Of a DNA stretch of 64,000 bases, positions 35,725 to 45,204 are shown in pieces (positions within the stretch are counted from its first letter, which is position 1; each line of letters opens with the position of its first letter). The notes beneath the pieces are model-generated. The model ran no database searches and had not been told where the DNA came from. It worked only from the letters and a program-made list of their open reading frames with translations. Made by a program: the position numbers and the translations under genes. Source of the DNA: an uncultured Alphaproteobacteria bacterium (GTDB lineage Bacteria > Pseudomonadota > Alphaproteobacteria > Rhodobacterales > Rhodobacteraceae); assembly GCA_963799505.1 (NCBI GenBank), contig CAWCXM010000012.1, positions 1,601-65,600 of the forward strand, given 5' to 3'.

Positions 35725-37761
35725 TCAGCGCCGCCAGAGGTGGGCTTGCGTGGCGAGGAGCCCCTGAAGTTTCGACAGGATGCGGTTCGCGGGTCCGGGG
35801 CGCGGGATATCGCCTGTGGCCAGCCGTTCTACGATAACCTCGACCGGGCAGGGCAGGCCGGTTTTCGGGTCGCGGTAGCGGGGATAGTCGATCAGGGCGG
35901 CATGGACCAACCCTTCGAGAGAGGGTTCCGCCCTGCGGCGCGGCGGGACATCGCCCAGATCGGTCGTCAGGGTCCACCCAGCATAGAAGGGCGCGCCGAA
36001 GGTCGTGACGGGCAAGCCCCGCAAGAGCGCCTCGAACCCCAGAAGCGAGGTCATGGTCCAGACTTCATCGACCTGGGACAGCAGGGCGATGGGATCGGTG
36101 TTGGGCAGCACCAGATCGGCCAGATCGCCCGCGTTCACATCACCGCTGCGCAAGCCTGCTTCGACGTCCGGGTGTGGTTTGTAGAGGATCACGGCGTCGG
36201 GCCGCGCGGCGCGGACGGCTTGCAAGAGGCCAAGGTTGGTTGCGACGGTCCCCGCGCCCGTGCGGATGGACGCGTCATCCTCGACCTGTCCCGGCACGAG
36301 GATGCGCGGGCCGTCCGGCAAGGCGCTGAGGTCGGGCAGGGGAGCGGTGAGATTGTATTTGCTCAGGCCCGCCCGGGTCAGGGTTTCGATCAGCCTTGCC
36401 GCCCGGTCCCGCTGATCGGGGCGCAGGGTGGCGCGGGCCTCGATCCATTTCTCCAGACGGCTGGGTTGAGACGGGTCGTAGTAGATGCCCAGATCGTCAC
36501 AGACCAGCGACAGCGGCGGGATCAGATCGGCCCCCAGCCCTTTGGAGCGCAGAAAGCCGTCCTCGACGCGGGCGGCATCCGCATGCCCCACCTGTGCCTT
36601 GCCGGCCCAGACCATCCACGGGCGGCCCGACCGGCGGGCCTGTTCGGGATCGTCTTCGAAGAGGACCGGTTTGTAGGCACCGAAGAACTGCTGCAACGGT
36701 TTGCGCTTCCACATCCGCATGGCGGACGCGGTCCAGCCCGCGTGATCCTCGCGCCATTGGCGCGTCTCGGCGGCGAGGGTTTCGACGGCGTCTTCGAGCG
36801 TACACAGGCGGTCGCGGAAGGGGTCGTACCACTTTGGGTAGAGGATCATCGCGGCGGCGAACAGTTGCGGCCGGGTCAGGACGCGCTGGCGGCGCGGGAC
36901 GGGAAATTCGTCCAGGGTCAGACCCCAGCCTGCATAGAAGGGCTGGCCGAAGACGCGGGGTTTGTGACCCGCAAAGATCGCCTCGAACCCCATTTGGGAG
37001 GACACCGTATAGACGCCCACAGCCCCCTCGAACAGCGCCCAGGGGCTGACGGGCGTGTCCAGCAGCGTGATCCGGTCGTTTGTATCGGCTTCGGTGAAAT
37101 ATCCCGGGCGGAACCCTTGGGCGGTTTCGGGATGGGTCTTGATGATCACCGGGCATCCGGGGTGTTCTTCCTGCGCGAAGACCAGCATTTCCATAAAGCG
37201 CGCCCGGTCTGCCCCCGATGCCGTCACGGAAGCGTCGCCTCTGGTCTGGTCGATCACCAGCACGTAGCCGGGTGGCGGCGCGGGCGTATTGGGGTCGAAG
37301 GCCGTGTATTTGGTCAGATGCGCGTCGGCGATGCGGGCGATGGCACCGCGCGCACGGTTCAGAAGGTCCGTGTTATCAAGCGGATGGGTGGCCAGGAGCT
37401 CTTCCAGCTCGCTCGGCGTGGTGGGGTCGAAATGCACACCTTTGGCGTCGATCAGCAGGCCCAGAGGCGGGGAACCGGTACGGCCCGGATGCAGCGAGCG
37501 CAGGAAGGCATCCTCCACCCGGACCAGAGGCGCGTCGTACTTCGCAGCCACCGCCAGCCCGCGATGGGCGGTCGGGGAATTGCCCCAGATCGCCACATGA
37601 TCGCCCTGCCTTGGCAAACCGAGGTGCAGGGAATTGCCCGAAAGCTGCAGGATGCGCCGCACCCGGCGTTGGGTCAGAAAACCGCCGTTGTAGATGAAAA
37701 GCCGCCGATCCCTGAGGGGACCGGCGGCGGGGGTATCGTAAATCTCAGGCCCGAGGCCCAT
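35725..37761 (-). CDS. kpsC: Capsular polysaccharide biosynthesis protein, KpsC-like (two Capsule_synth domains)
   Basis: The 678-aa protein has duplicated blocks RVEDAFLRSL / RVEDGFLRS, and ...FGQPFYAGWGLT / FGAPFYAGWTLT. Confidence 0.7.
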   Translation of the reverse strand: MGLGPEIYDTPAAGPLRDRRLFIYNGGFLTQRRVRRILQLSGNSLHLGLPRQGDHVAIWGNSPTAHRGLAVAAKYDAPLVRVEDAFLRSLHPGRTGSPPLGLLIDAKGVHFDPTTPSELEELLATHPLDNTDLLNRARGAIARIADAHLTKYTAFDPNTPAPPPGYVLVIDQTRGDASVTASGADRARFMEMLVFAQEEHPGCPVIIKTHPETAQGFRPGYFTEADTNDRITLLDTPVSPWALFEGAVGVYTVSSQMGFEAIFAGHKPRVFGQPFYAGWGLTLDEFPVPRRQRVLTRPQLFAAAMILYPKWYDPFRDRLCTLEDAVETLAAETRQWREDHAGWTASAMRMWKRKPLQQFFGAYKPVLFEDDPEQARRSGRPWMVWAGKAQVGHADAARVEDGFLRSKGLGADLIPPLSLVCDDLGIYYDPSQPSRLEKWIEARATLRPDQRDRAARLIETLTRAGLSKYNLTAPLPDLSALPDGPRILVPGQVEDDASIRTGAGTVATNLGLLQAVRAARPDAVILYKPHPDVEAGLRSGDVNAGDLADLVLPNTDPIALLSQVDEVWTMTSLLGFEALLRGLPVTTFGAPFYAGWTLTTDLGDVPPRRRAEPSLEGLVHAALIDYPRYRDPKTGLPCPVEVIVERLATGDIPRPGPANRILSKLQGLLATQAHLWRR

Positions 37762-37766
37762 GTGCG

Positions 37767-38900
37767 TCAGCCGCCCGAAAGCGTGGTCAGACCGGCGGCG
37801 GAGGAGGCAGTGCCGGTAATCGCCGAGATCACCTTGTTCCACTGGGTGAACGGCGCTTCGGTGACATAGAGCGTGTCACCGTCACGGATCACGAAATCAC
37901 GGGCCATGAACATGCCGTTGGGTTTGGTGAGATCGAGAACGTAGACCATGCGCTGTGCGCCCTGCAGATCGCCCCGGCCCAGGACCTGTGCGGCCACTTC
38001 CGCCGGTTCGTTGCGGAACACGAAGACGCCCGTCGGGTCCGCCGTGGCGGCATTCAGGCCACCGACCTGCGCGATGCCTTCCAGCGCCGAAAGGGTCTGC
38101 GATTCGAAGGGCACCTGCGCCTGACCGCCGGTCGCCCCAAGGGCGGTGAAGGAGCGTGTGTCTTCCTCGACCAGAATGCGGTCACCGCCGCGCAGGGCGA
38201 TGTCGAGTTGCGGGTGATCATAGAGATCCTGCAACCAGATCTTGCCGCGCTGGGAGCCGCGAATGACGGTGATCTGCGCGATTTCAGGCACGATCGTCAC
38301 GCCGCCCGCCTGCGCCAGCATGGTGCCCAGCGTCCGCGTGGGCCGTTCGATGGCATAGACCCCCTGCGCCCCGACCGATCCGATCAGCGACACGGTCGAT
38401 CCGTCACCGGCAGCGCGGCGGACCTCGACCTGGGGGTCCGGGGTCTGTTCGCCCAGACGGTTGGTGATGATGCGGCGGATGGCGTCGGGCGTGTTGCCCG
38501 CGGCCTTGATCCGGCCCGCGTAGGGAATGAAGATGAAGCCAGCGCCGTCGACCTGCACTTCTTCGAGAACCGTGGCGGGTGCGCCTTCGACACCCAGAAG
38601 CGGATCATCGACGTTTTCATAGACGGTGATGCCCAGCACGTCACCGGGCCTAATCGTGTCCGACCCAAGCTGTGACGCGTTCTTGAAGGCATCGGAGAAC
38701 CCGAGTGCAGGGACCACGGCCGTAGCGCGTGTTACCCGGTCATTGACCGACACGACAAAAGCGTCGCCTTCTTTCTGAACCGAACCCGCGAAAATCTGAC
38801 GCTTGTTGGGGCCTACCTGAGGCAAGCCACATGACGATACGACGGCCAACGCCGCAACGGTTGCGATGGGACGCGCCCACCGTGAATATACGGATTTCAC
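37767..38900 (-). CDS. Polysaccharide export outer-membrane lipoprotein (Wza/OPX-like, Poly_export plus SLBB)
   Basis: A lipobox VVSSCG is present, along with IRPGDVLGITVYE and the repeated SLBB-like segments GDRILVE and GDTLYV. Confidence 0.75.
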   Translation of the reverse strand: MKSVYSRWARPIATVAALAVVSSCGLPQVGPNKRQIFAGSVQKEGDAFVVSVNDRVTRATAVVPALGFSDAFKNASQLGSDTIRPGDVLGITVYENVDDPLLGVEGAPATVLEEVQVDGAGFIFIPYAGRIKAAGNTPDAIRRIITNRLGEQTPDPQVEVRRAAGDGSTVSLIGSVGAQGVYAIERPTRTLGTMLAQAGGVTIVPEIAQITVIRGSQRGKIWLQDLYDHPQLDIALRGGDRILVEEDTRSFTALGATGGQAQVPFESQTLSALEGIAQVGGLNAATADPTGVFVFRNEPAEVAAQVLGRGDLQGAQRMVYVLDLTKPNGMFMARDFVIRDGDTLYVTEAPFTQWNKVISAITGTASSAAGLTTLSGG

Positions 38901-39016
38901 TGCCCGGTCTCCTCGACCTGTTCAACTCTGCCTCAAGAAATCGCCGGTTTTCCGGCGTTATTTCAGCCAGCCTAGCGCAGGGGATTTCGAAAATCCAGCA
39001 TCGTGAAGCCCTTAGG

Positions 39017-40315
39017 TCAGGTGACGATGCGCAACTGTTGCCGTGGGGCCGCGGTGCCGGATTGGAGCGCGTCGTAGGGATCTTCGGCCGAGAGCATCAT
39101 GTCGACCACCTGGCGCAGCAGTTGGCGGCGACCGCGTGCGGCATAAAAACCACCCGGAATCTGTGATGTTTCAAGCAGATAGCGGCGGTAGTCCTTGTAG
39201 GCCTTGTTGTCTGGCCGCGACGCACCGGCAAAAAACTCTGCCAGAGGTTGATCGGACACGAATTCAGGTTTGGCATAGACCGCGCGGCCGAAGACCTTGA
39301 GCGGAATACCGCGCCAGAGCACCTGTTGACCAGCAGTCGAATTGACCGTGACGGCGCTGCGCGCATCGTTGAGAAGCTGGGCCAGCTTGCCGCCGCGTAC
39401 ATAGTGGACACGGGCGGAAACGCCGAGTTTGCGGGCCAGACGCCGCAGGTCGCGGCGCACGGGGACGCGGCCATCCTCCAGCGGATGCGCCTTGACCACG
39501 AGGTGATGATGTTTCGGTGCCCCTTCGGCAAAGCCCCGGATCACCAGTTCCAGAAAATCCGACATCGTGTCGAAGGGCGAATGCATCTGAAAGGAGCTGT
39601 CATGTTCCAGTTGCAAGAGCGCCAGATGATAGGGGAAACCGCCAAGCCGGATGCGCAGGGTGGCGATCAGACGGTCCGCCGACAACAGCGGCATCAGCAG
39701 CAGGCGTTTGACGTAAAGCGCGAATTCCTTGGTCACCGGCAGGCTGCGATGGGGCCGGAAGTTGCGGTAGTCGCCGTTTCGGAACATCACGAACCAATGA
39801 TAGAGCGCGCCATAGAAGATATGCTGGCGCATGTCGCCCCAGTGGCCGGGGGGCAGGGGCGCTTCCATGTCGGATTGCGCGAGGGCCGTCTGCATCTGCG
39901 GGATCGTCATGTCCATCAGCCGCGAGTTGCCGTTCGATCCGCCACGCTCGTAGGTGACCCAATAGGGGCGCATGTAGCCTTCCTCGAAGACATGCACGGT
40001 GATGCCGCGGCGCTTGGCCTCGGCTACGGCCTGCGCGTGGATGGGACGGGTGTCGCCGTAAAGCACAATGTCGGTGACGTTCTTTTCGGTGATCATCGTC
40101 TCGAACGTCTGCGCCCAGTCGGCAGCGGTGCCGCGATAGGGGATGTAGCTGCGTGGATGGAACCAGAACGCCCGGTCGCCCGCGTTGAACCCCACGCGCC
40201 AGACTTCGGCCCCCGCCAGCCGCAGCATCTTGCCCAGCCGGTGAAAGAAGGGCCCGTGCGGCCCTTGCAGGAACAGGAAGACCCGCTGTTGTGTGGCTTT
40301 CGCGTTCATCATCAT
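39017..40315 (-). CDS. kpsS: Capsular polysaccharide biosynthesis protein, KpsS-like
   Basis: FLFLQGPHGPFFHRLG...VFEEGYMRPYWVTYE...HHHLVVKAHPLEDG matches a single Capsule_synth domain. There is a triple ATG at 40309-40315. Confidence 0.7.
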   Translation of the reverse strand: MMMNAKATQQRVFLFLQGPHGPFFHRLGKMLRLAGAEVWRVGFNAGDRAFWFHPRSYIPYRGTAADWAQTFETMITEKNVTDIVLYGDTRPIHAQAVAEAKRRGITVHVFEEGYMRPYWVTYERGGSNGNSRLMDMTIPQMQTALAQSDMEAPLPPGHWGDMRQHIFYGALYHWFVMFRNGDYRNFRPHRSLPVTKEFALYVKRLLLMPLLSADRLIATLRIRLGGFPYHLALLQLEHDSSFQMHSPFDTMSDFLELVIRGFAEGAPKHHHLVVKAHPLEDGRVPVRRDLRRLARKLGVSARVHYVRGGKLAQLLNDARSAVTVNSTAGQQVLWRGIPLKVFGRAVYAKPEFVSDQPLAEFFAGASRPDNKAYKDYRRYLLETSQIPGGFYAARGRRQLLRQVVDMMLSAEDPYDALQSGTAAPRQQLRIVT

Positions 40316-40442
40316 CCTTGCTATGCCGATGTTGTGACCAGATAAACACCATAATGCGGGCAAAAATATGGCGTGCCCCCCGCTTGCCTTGGGGTTGCCC
40401 TGCCGCTACCTCGGTTGTGACAAAGTGCGAAAAGGGGCTGTT

Positions 40443-41030
40443 ATGTTTACCGGGATCATCACGGATGTGGGCAAGGTCGCCGCCCTGACGCAGGAAGGCG
40501 ACCTGCGGGCGCGGATCACGACGGGGTATGACACCTCGCGCATCGACATGGGCGCGTCGGTTGCCAGCGACGGTGTCTGTCTGACGGTCGTGGGCCTGGG
40601 GCCGGACTGGTACGAGGTACAGATCTCGGCCGAGACGGTGGCCAAGACCAACCTCTCGGACTGGACGGTCGGCAGGCGGGTGAACCTCGAAAGGGCGCTG
40701 AAGGTCGGGGACGAGTTGGGCGGGCACATCGTGTCGGGCCATGTGGACGGCGTGGCCGAGGTGATCGCCATGACCGACGAGGGCGACAGCACGCGCGTCA
40801 CGCTGCGCGCCCCGCGCGACCTGGCACGGTTCATCGCGCCGAAGGGATCGGTTGCGCTGAACGGGACGTCGCTGACCGTGAACGCGGTCGAGGGATGCGA
40901 TTTCGGGATCAACTTCATTCCGCACACCAAGGAGGTCACCACCTGGGGCGATACGGCGGTGGGCGACCGGATCAATCTGGAGATCGACACCCTGGCCCGC
41001 TACGTCGCGCGTCTGGCGGAAATGTCATGA
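40443..41030 (+). CDS. ribE: Riboflavin synthase (alpha chain)
   Basis: MFTGIITDVG...GASVASDGVCLTV...GGHIVSGHVDG...SVALNGTSLTV shows the duplicated lumazine-binding repeats. Confidence 0.95.
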   Translation: MFTGIITDVGKVAALTQEGDLRARITTGYDTSRIDMGASVASDGVCLTVVGLGPDWYEVQISAETVAKTNLSDWTVGRRVNLERALKVGDELGGHIVSGHVDGVAEVIAMTDEGDSTRVTLRAPRDLARFIAPKGSVALNGTSLTVNAVEGCDFGINFIPHTKEVTTWGDTAVGDRINLEIDTLARYVARLAEMS

Positions 41031-41600
41031 GGGCCGGGATCGGGCACAATCAGGGGCCGACAATGGAAAAGGGCCAGAAATGGCGTACCTTCCAATGGCA
41101 AAAGGCGCGGCAGGAGGCGATGCCGAAGGCGATCCCGCTGATGGTCGTCAAGATGCACGTGGCGCGGGCGCACCAGCTGGGGCTGGACTATCCAACCTAT
41201 GCCGCCGTGCGCAAGGCCACGGGGCGCGACATCATGGGATTGCTGTTTTCGTCCAACGCCTTGCGGGTGGTGCGGGCAGAGGCCCCGTATATCCCGGTGC
41301 CGCGACGACGAGGTCGTCAGCGCCGTGACGGGCGCGCGCAAGCTGGCGCTGGTTCATGCGCCGCTGAGCGCGGACATGGTGCATCTGGCCAATCCGGTGC
41401 TGGATGGCGCAGGGACCGCCCCGAAATTCACCGACAGCTGGAGCGCGATGCGGGATCATCTGGGCGGCTTCGTGAGCGAGCAGCGGCTGAACCGCGATCA
41501 GGTCCTGATCATCGGCGACACCGCGTTGGAGAGGGACTGGACGGCGGCAGCGCAGGCGGCGGGCTATGTCGAGGCGTCACGCTATTTCGCGCGCGCCTGA
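41027..41600 (+). pseudogene. Conserved hypothetical protein of the rib cluster, interrupted by a +1 frameshift
   Basis: The N-terminal half MRAGIGHNQGP...ALRVVRAEAPYIPV is in frame 2. The C-terminal half RDDEVVSAVTGARKLALVHAPLS...YFARA is in frame 0. The junction is near 41300, and deleting one base gives 190 aa. The ATG overlaps the ribE TGA. Confidence 0.55.
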
Positions 41601-41706
41601 GGGTGGCCCGGAGCGCCACCTTACGTAAGGTGGTGGCTTTGGCCCACCGCTGGTCAAGACGGCAGGCTTGGGCTATGTCAGGCGCAGCCAGACGCGAGGA
41701 CAGACG

Positions 41707-42828
41707 ATGAATTTTGAAACCCCCGGACCCGTCGAAGAAGGCCTGTCGCAGGCCATATCTCCGATCGAGGAGATCATCGAGGAAGCGCGGCAGGGGCGCA
41801 TGTTCATTCTGGTCGATCACGAGGACCGCGAGAACGAGGGTGATCTGGTGATCCCGGCACAGTTCGCCGATGCCGACGCGATCAATTTCATGGCGACCCA
41901 CGGGCGCGGTCTGATCTGTCTGCCGATGACGGCGGAGCGGATCAAGACGCTGGGCCTGCCGATGATGGCGGTGAACAATTCCTCACGGCACGAGACCGCC
42001 TTTACCGTGAGCATCGAGGCCCGCGAAGGCGTCAGCACCGGCATTTCGGCAGCCGACCGTGCCCTGACGGTCGCCGTGGCGATCAATGAACAGGCGGGTG
42101 CGGTGGACATCGCGACACCCGGCCATGTCTTTCCGCTGCGCGCGCGCGATGGCGGTGTGCTGGTGCGGGCGGGCCATACGGAGGCGGCGGTCGACATCAG
42201 CCGCCTTGCGGGGCTGCACCCGTCGGGGGTGATCTGCGAGATCATGAAGGACGACGGCACAATGGCCCGGCTGCCGGATCTGGTCAGCTTTGGTGCCGCA
42301 CACGGGTTGAAGATCGGCACGATCAGCGATCTGATCGCCTATCGCCACAAGCACGACAATCTGGTGGTGGAGCGCGACAGCCGCACCGTGACCTCGGCCT
42401 ATGGGGGCGAGTGGCAGATGAAGGTCTTCAGCGACCAGATGACCGGCACGGATCACGTGGTGCTGACCAAGGGCGACATCACAACGGACGCGCCCGTGCT
42501 GGTGCGCACCCATGCGATCAACGCGTTGGAGGATATTCTGGGACTGGGCCCGAGCCCTGCGGACGAATTGCCCCGCGCCATGCAGATCATCGCCGAAGAA
42601 GGCCGGGGTGCGGTGGTGCTCTTTCGCGATCCCTATCCGCGGCTGCGTCTGGACGACGAGGACGAAGGTCCGCGCACGGTCAAGAACACCGGGCTGGGCG
42701 CGCAGATCCTGTCGACGATGGGTCTGAACCGTTTGATCCTGCTGACCGACAACCCCGAAACGCGGTATCTGGGTCTGGATGCCTATCACATCGAAATTCT
42801 GGGCACGCGGCCCATCACGGAAAGGTAG
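41707..42828 (+). CDS. ribBA: Bifunctional 3,4-dihydroxy-2-butanone-4-phosphate synthase / GTP cyclohydrolase II-like protein
   Basis: It matches with VDHEDRENEGDLVIPAQ...HGRGLICLPM...TAFTVSIEA...GHVFPL. Confidence 0.9.
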   Translation: MNFETPGPVEEGLSQAISPIEEIIEEARQGRMFILVDHEDRENEGDLVIPAQFADADAINFMATHGRGLICLPMTAERIKTLGLPMMAVNNSSRHETAFTVSIEAREGVSTGISAADRALTVAVAINEQAGAVDIATPGHVFPLRARDGGVLVRAGHTEAAVDISRLAGLHPSGVICEIMKDDGTMARLPDLVSFGAAHGLKIGTISDLIAYRHKHDNLVVERDSRTVTSAYGGEWQMKVFSDQMTGTDHVVLTKGDITTDAPVLVRTHAINALEDILGLGPSPADELPRAMQIIAEEGRGAVVLFRDPYPRLRLDDEDEGPRTVKNTGLGAQILSTMGLNRLILLTDNPETRYLGLDAYHIEILGTRPITER

Positions 42829-42831
42829 AAC

Positions 42832-43383
42832 ATGGCCTCATCCCAAGATCACACGGTCCTGCCACGGCCCGAGTTCGACAAGCCCGTGAAGGTGCTGATC
42901 GTCGTGTCGCCCTATTACAGCGCCATCGCGGCGGACCTGCTGGCGGGGGCCAAGGCGGAACTTGAAGCGGCGGGGGCCAGCTATGACGTGGTGGAAATGC
43001 CAGGTGCGCTGGAAATCCCCACAGCGATCAGCATCAGCGACCGACGCAACAATTATGACGGCTATGTCGCGCTGGGCTGTGTGATCCGGGGCGAGACGAC
43101 CCACTACGAGACCGTGTGCAACGACAGCAGCCGCGCGCTGTCGATGCTGGGGCTGCAAGGCCTGTGCATCGGCAACGGTATTCTGACCGTCGAGAACACG
43201 AAGCAGGCCGAGGTGCGCGCCGATCCCAAGGATCAGAACAAGGGCGGGGGCGCTGCAGCGGCGGCCTTGCATCTGATTGCCCACGCCCGTAAGGGAGCGG
43301 AAACCAGCAAGGGCATCGGCTTCAAGCCACGCGGCGAAGACACGCTGATGGCGGGCGATGCGGACGGAAACTCGGTAGCATGA
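42832..43383 (+). CDS. ribH: 6,7-dimethyl-8-ribityllumazine synthase
   Basis: It matches with VPGALEIPTA...GCVIRGETTHYE. Confidence 0.9.
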   Translation: MASSQDHTVLPRPEFDKPVKVLIVVSPYYSAIAADLLAGAKAELEAAGASYDVVEMPGALEIPTAISISDRRNNYDGYVALGCVIRGETTHYETVCNDSSRALSMLGLQGLCIGNGILTVENTKQAEVRADPKDQNKGGGAAAAALHLIAHARKGAETSKGIGFKPRGEDTLMAGDADGNSVA

Positions 43384-43862
43384 ACACCCCCGCGCCCGGC
43401 CTGTCGGGCAACCAGAAACGCAAGATGAAATCCGCAGCGCGGCTCTATGCCGTGCAGGCGTTGTTTCAGATGGAGCATTCGTCCCAGACCGTTGAACGCG
43501 TGCGCAACGAGTTCATCGAGCACCGTTTCGGCGCGACGCTGGACGGGGATGAATTCATCGACGGCGACATAGACCACTTTGCCCATGTGCTTGATACGGC
43601 GGTCAATTATCAGGCTCCGATTGACCAGATGACCGACCGTGCGCTGGTCGCGAAATGGCCGATCGCGCGGATCGACCCGACCATCCGCGCGCTGTTTCGC
43701 GCCGCAGGGGCGGAGTTGCGCGATACGGGCACGCCGCCCAAAGTGGTGATCTCCGAATATGTCGACATTGCGCGGGCGTTCTTTCCCGATGGCAAGGAAG
43801 CCAGCTTTACCAACGCGGTGCTGGACCACATGGCCCGGGAGGCGCGGCCCGAGGCGTTCTGA
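43380..43862 (+). CDS. nusB: Transcription antitermination factor NusB
   Basis: It contains RLYAVQALFQME and has the conserved position after ribH. The protein is 160 aa. Confidence 0.9.
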   Translation: MNTPAPGLSGNQKRKMKSAARLYAVQALFQMEHSSQTVERVRNEFIEHRFGATLDGDEFIDGDIDHFAHVLDTAVNYQAPIDQMTDRALVAKWPIARIDPTIRALFRAAGAELRDTGTPPKVVISEYVDIARAFFPDGKEASFTNAVLDHMAREARPEAF

Positions 43863-43915
43863 ACGGCTTTGCGAAACAGGTTTCATTGCTAAGCTGCGCG
43901 GTGAAAGGATTTCCA

Positions 43916-44158
43916 ATGCCGGCTGTCTTTCGTTTCTACATCACGCAGTGTCTGATCGGCTTTGCCGTCGCAGCGGCTTTCGTGGCTGCCTTGCTCTGGC
44001 TCAACGTCGGCAACCTTTGGCACCTCATTTCGACCTCGGACATCGGGGGCATGGCGCTGGTCGTGTTCTGGCTGTTGAACGGGATTGTCTTTGCCGGTGT
44101 GCAGACCGGCGTGGCGGTCATGCTGTTGGCAGAGGATGAAGATCAAGGTCCGACCTAG
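43916..44158 (+). CDS. Small two-TM membrane protein (hypothetical)
   Basis: The 80-aa protein has helices CLIGFAVAAAFVAALLWL and MALVVFWLLNGIVFAGV. Confidence 0.5.
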   Translation: MPAVFRFYITQCLIGFAVAAAFVAALLWLNVGNLWHLISTSDIGGMALVVFWLLNGIVFAGVQTGVAVMLLAEDEDQGPT

Positions 44159-44435
44159 GGCCTGTCGCAAAACACTGGACGCGTTCGGGCGAAACAGCGC
44201 CGTCGCGGACTGATCTTGCAGGGGGTCAGTGTGACGGGACCACCATTGCCGGTCAGTATGTATTCCCGAGGACCTGTATGTACAGGTGGGCGCCAGGTAA
44301 CCTAACCAGGGCTAGGACAGAGCCAGCTCCCTCGGATTTGCTTAAGGCCACTGGAATGTAACGTCTCACGAACAGGGCAGAACCCGCCACGCCTCATAGG
44401 TAGGCTGATGCGAGGGCTGCGACAAGGGGCGAGCG

Positions 44436-45204
44436 TCAACTCTCATCCGGATCGGCGATAAATCCGTAGGCGCGCAGTTCTTCGGGCACCAGCACGTAGA
44501 TTTCATCGGGTGGTGTGACCAGGGCGTGACGCATCACCAGAGGGTCGATGCCCATGTCGTCAAGATATCCCATGACCTCGCCCTGACCGCGCTGGATGTC
44601 TTCCACCGCAACGAAGGCGGGCAGCAGGGTGCTTTCGCCAAAGTAATGCTGATGCACGCCCGACCGACGCTGTGTCCGGTATGTCGCGTTCCGTCCCGGC
44701 GGCAAGGACGTAGGGACAGGCGGAATAGCAGATGTCGCCGTCCCGCATGGCGGTTTGCAGACCGGCCTCGCGCAGGAAACGGCCCAGTTCGAGCGCATCG
44801 CGCACCGACCCGCCCGGAGAGTTGAGGATGATCCGCTCGGGTGAGGTGGGCAGGGCCGCGATGTCCTTGGCCATGCGCGCCCCGTCACCGCCCGCGATGG
44901 AGCCTTCCAGAAGGACGCTCGCACCGGCTTCCACCACTGTCAGCACCAGCCGGTCGGGCAGGGGGGTGGAAGGCATCGGGCGGCCGGGTGCGGGGGCGCG
45001 GTCCTCACGGTAGCGGCGCGTCTGGTCGCCGGGGCGGATGGGTTCGGTCAGGGCAGGGGCGCGGGGGCCGAAGCTGGGCATCCGCAACCCGTCGCGCAGA
45101 TCGCCCCAGAACAGAAGCCCTCCCAGGCCAAGCTGGAAGATCAGAATGCCCGTCAGCACCCGACCGATCGGGCTGCGTCCTTTGGCAGGGGCGGCGTCGC
45201 TCAT
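44436..45204 (-). pseudogene. Periplasmic ClpP/NfeD-like serine protease-fold protein, interrupted by a 1-nt insertion
   Basis: The N-terminal 180 aa (ORF 44560-45204, ...ILNSPGGSVRDALELG...ICYSACPYVLAAGTER) and the C-terminal part (ORF 44436-44924, GVHQHYFGESTLLPAFVAVEDIQRGQ...) are in different frames. The junction is at the CCC run 44659-44661. Confidence 0.6.

Noticed and set aside
35740-37869. A 709-aa plus-strand ORF covering the kpsC region.
   Set aside because: It is a mirror-frame ORF opposite a gene with clear duplicated Capsule_synth blocks. Its composition (G/R/A/P/Q-rich) is characteristic of non-coding antisense frames in GC-rich genomes.
40316-41706. An FMN (RFN) riboswitch upstream of ribE or ribBA. 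The region upstream of nrdR-ribD (33985-34168) was also checked.
   Set aside because: The spacers are short (about 100-130 nt or less). They lack the conserved RFN core segments, and no multi-stem junction could be drawn.
44159-44435. Candidate SRP RNA, 6S RNA, tmRNA or RNase P RNA in the long convergent spacer.
   Set aside because: The conserved cores I know (for example the GGAAGCAGCC-containing SRP domain IV and the RNase P GGAAAGTCCGGGC region) are absent on both strands. It is kept only as an unassigned gap in the findings.
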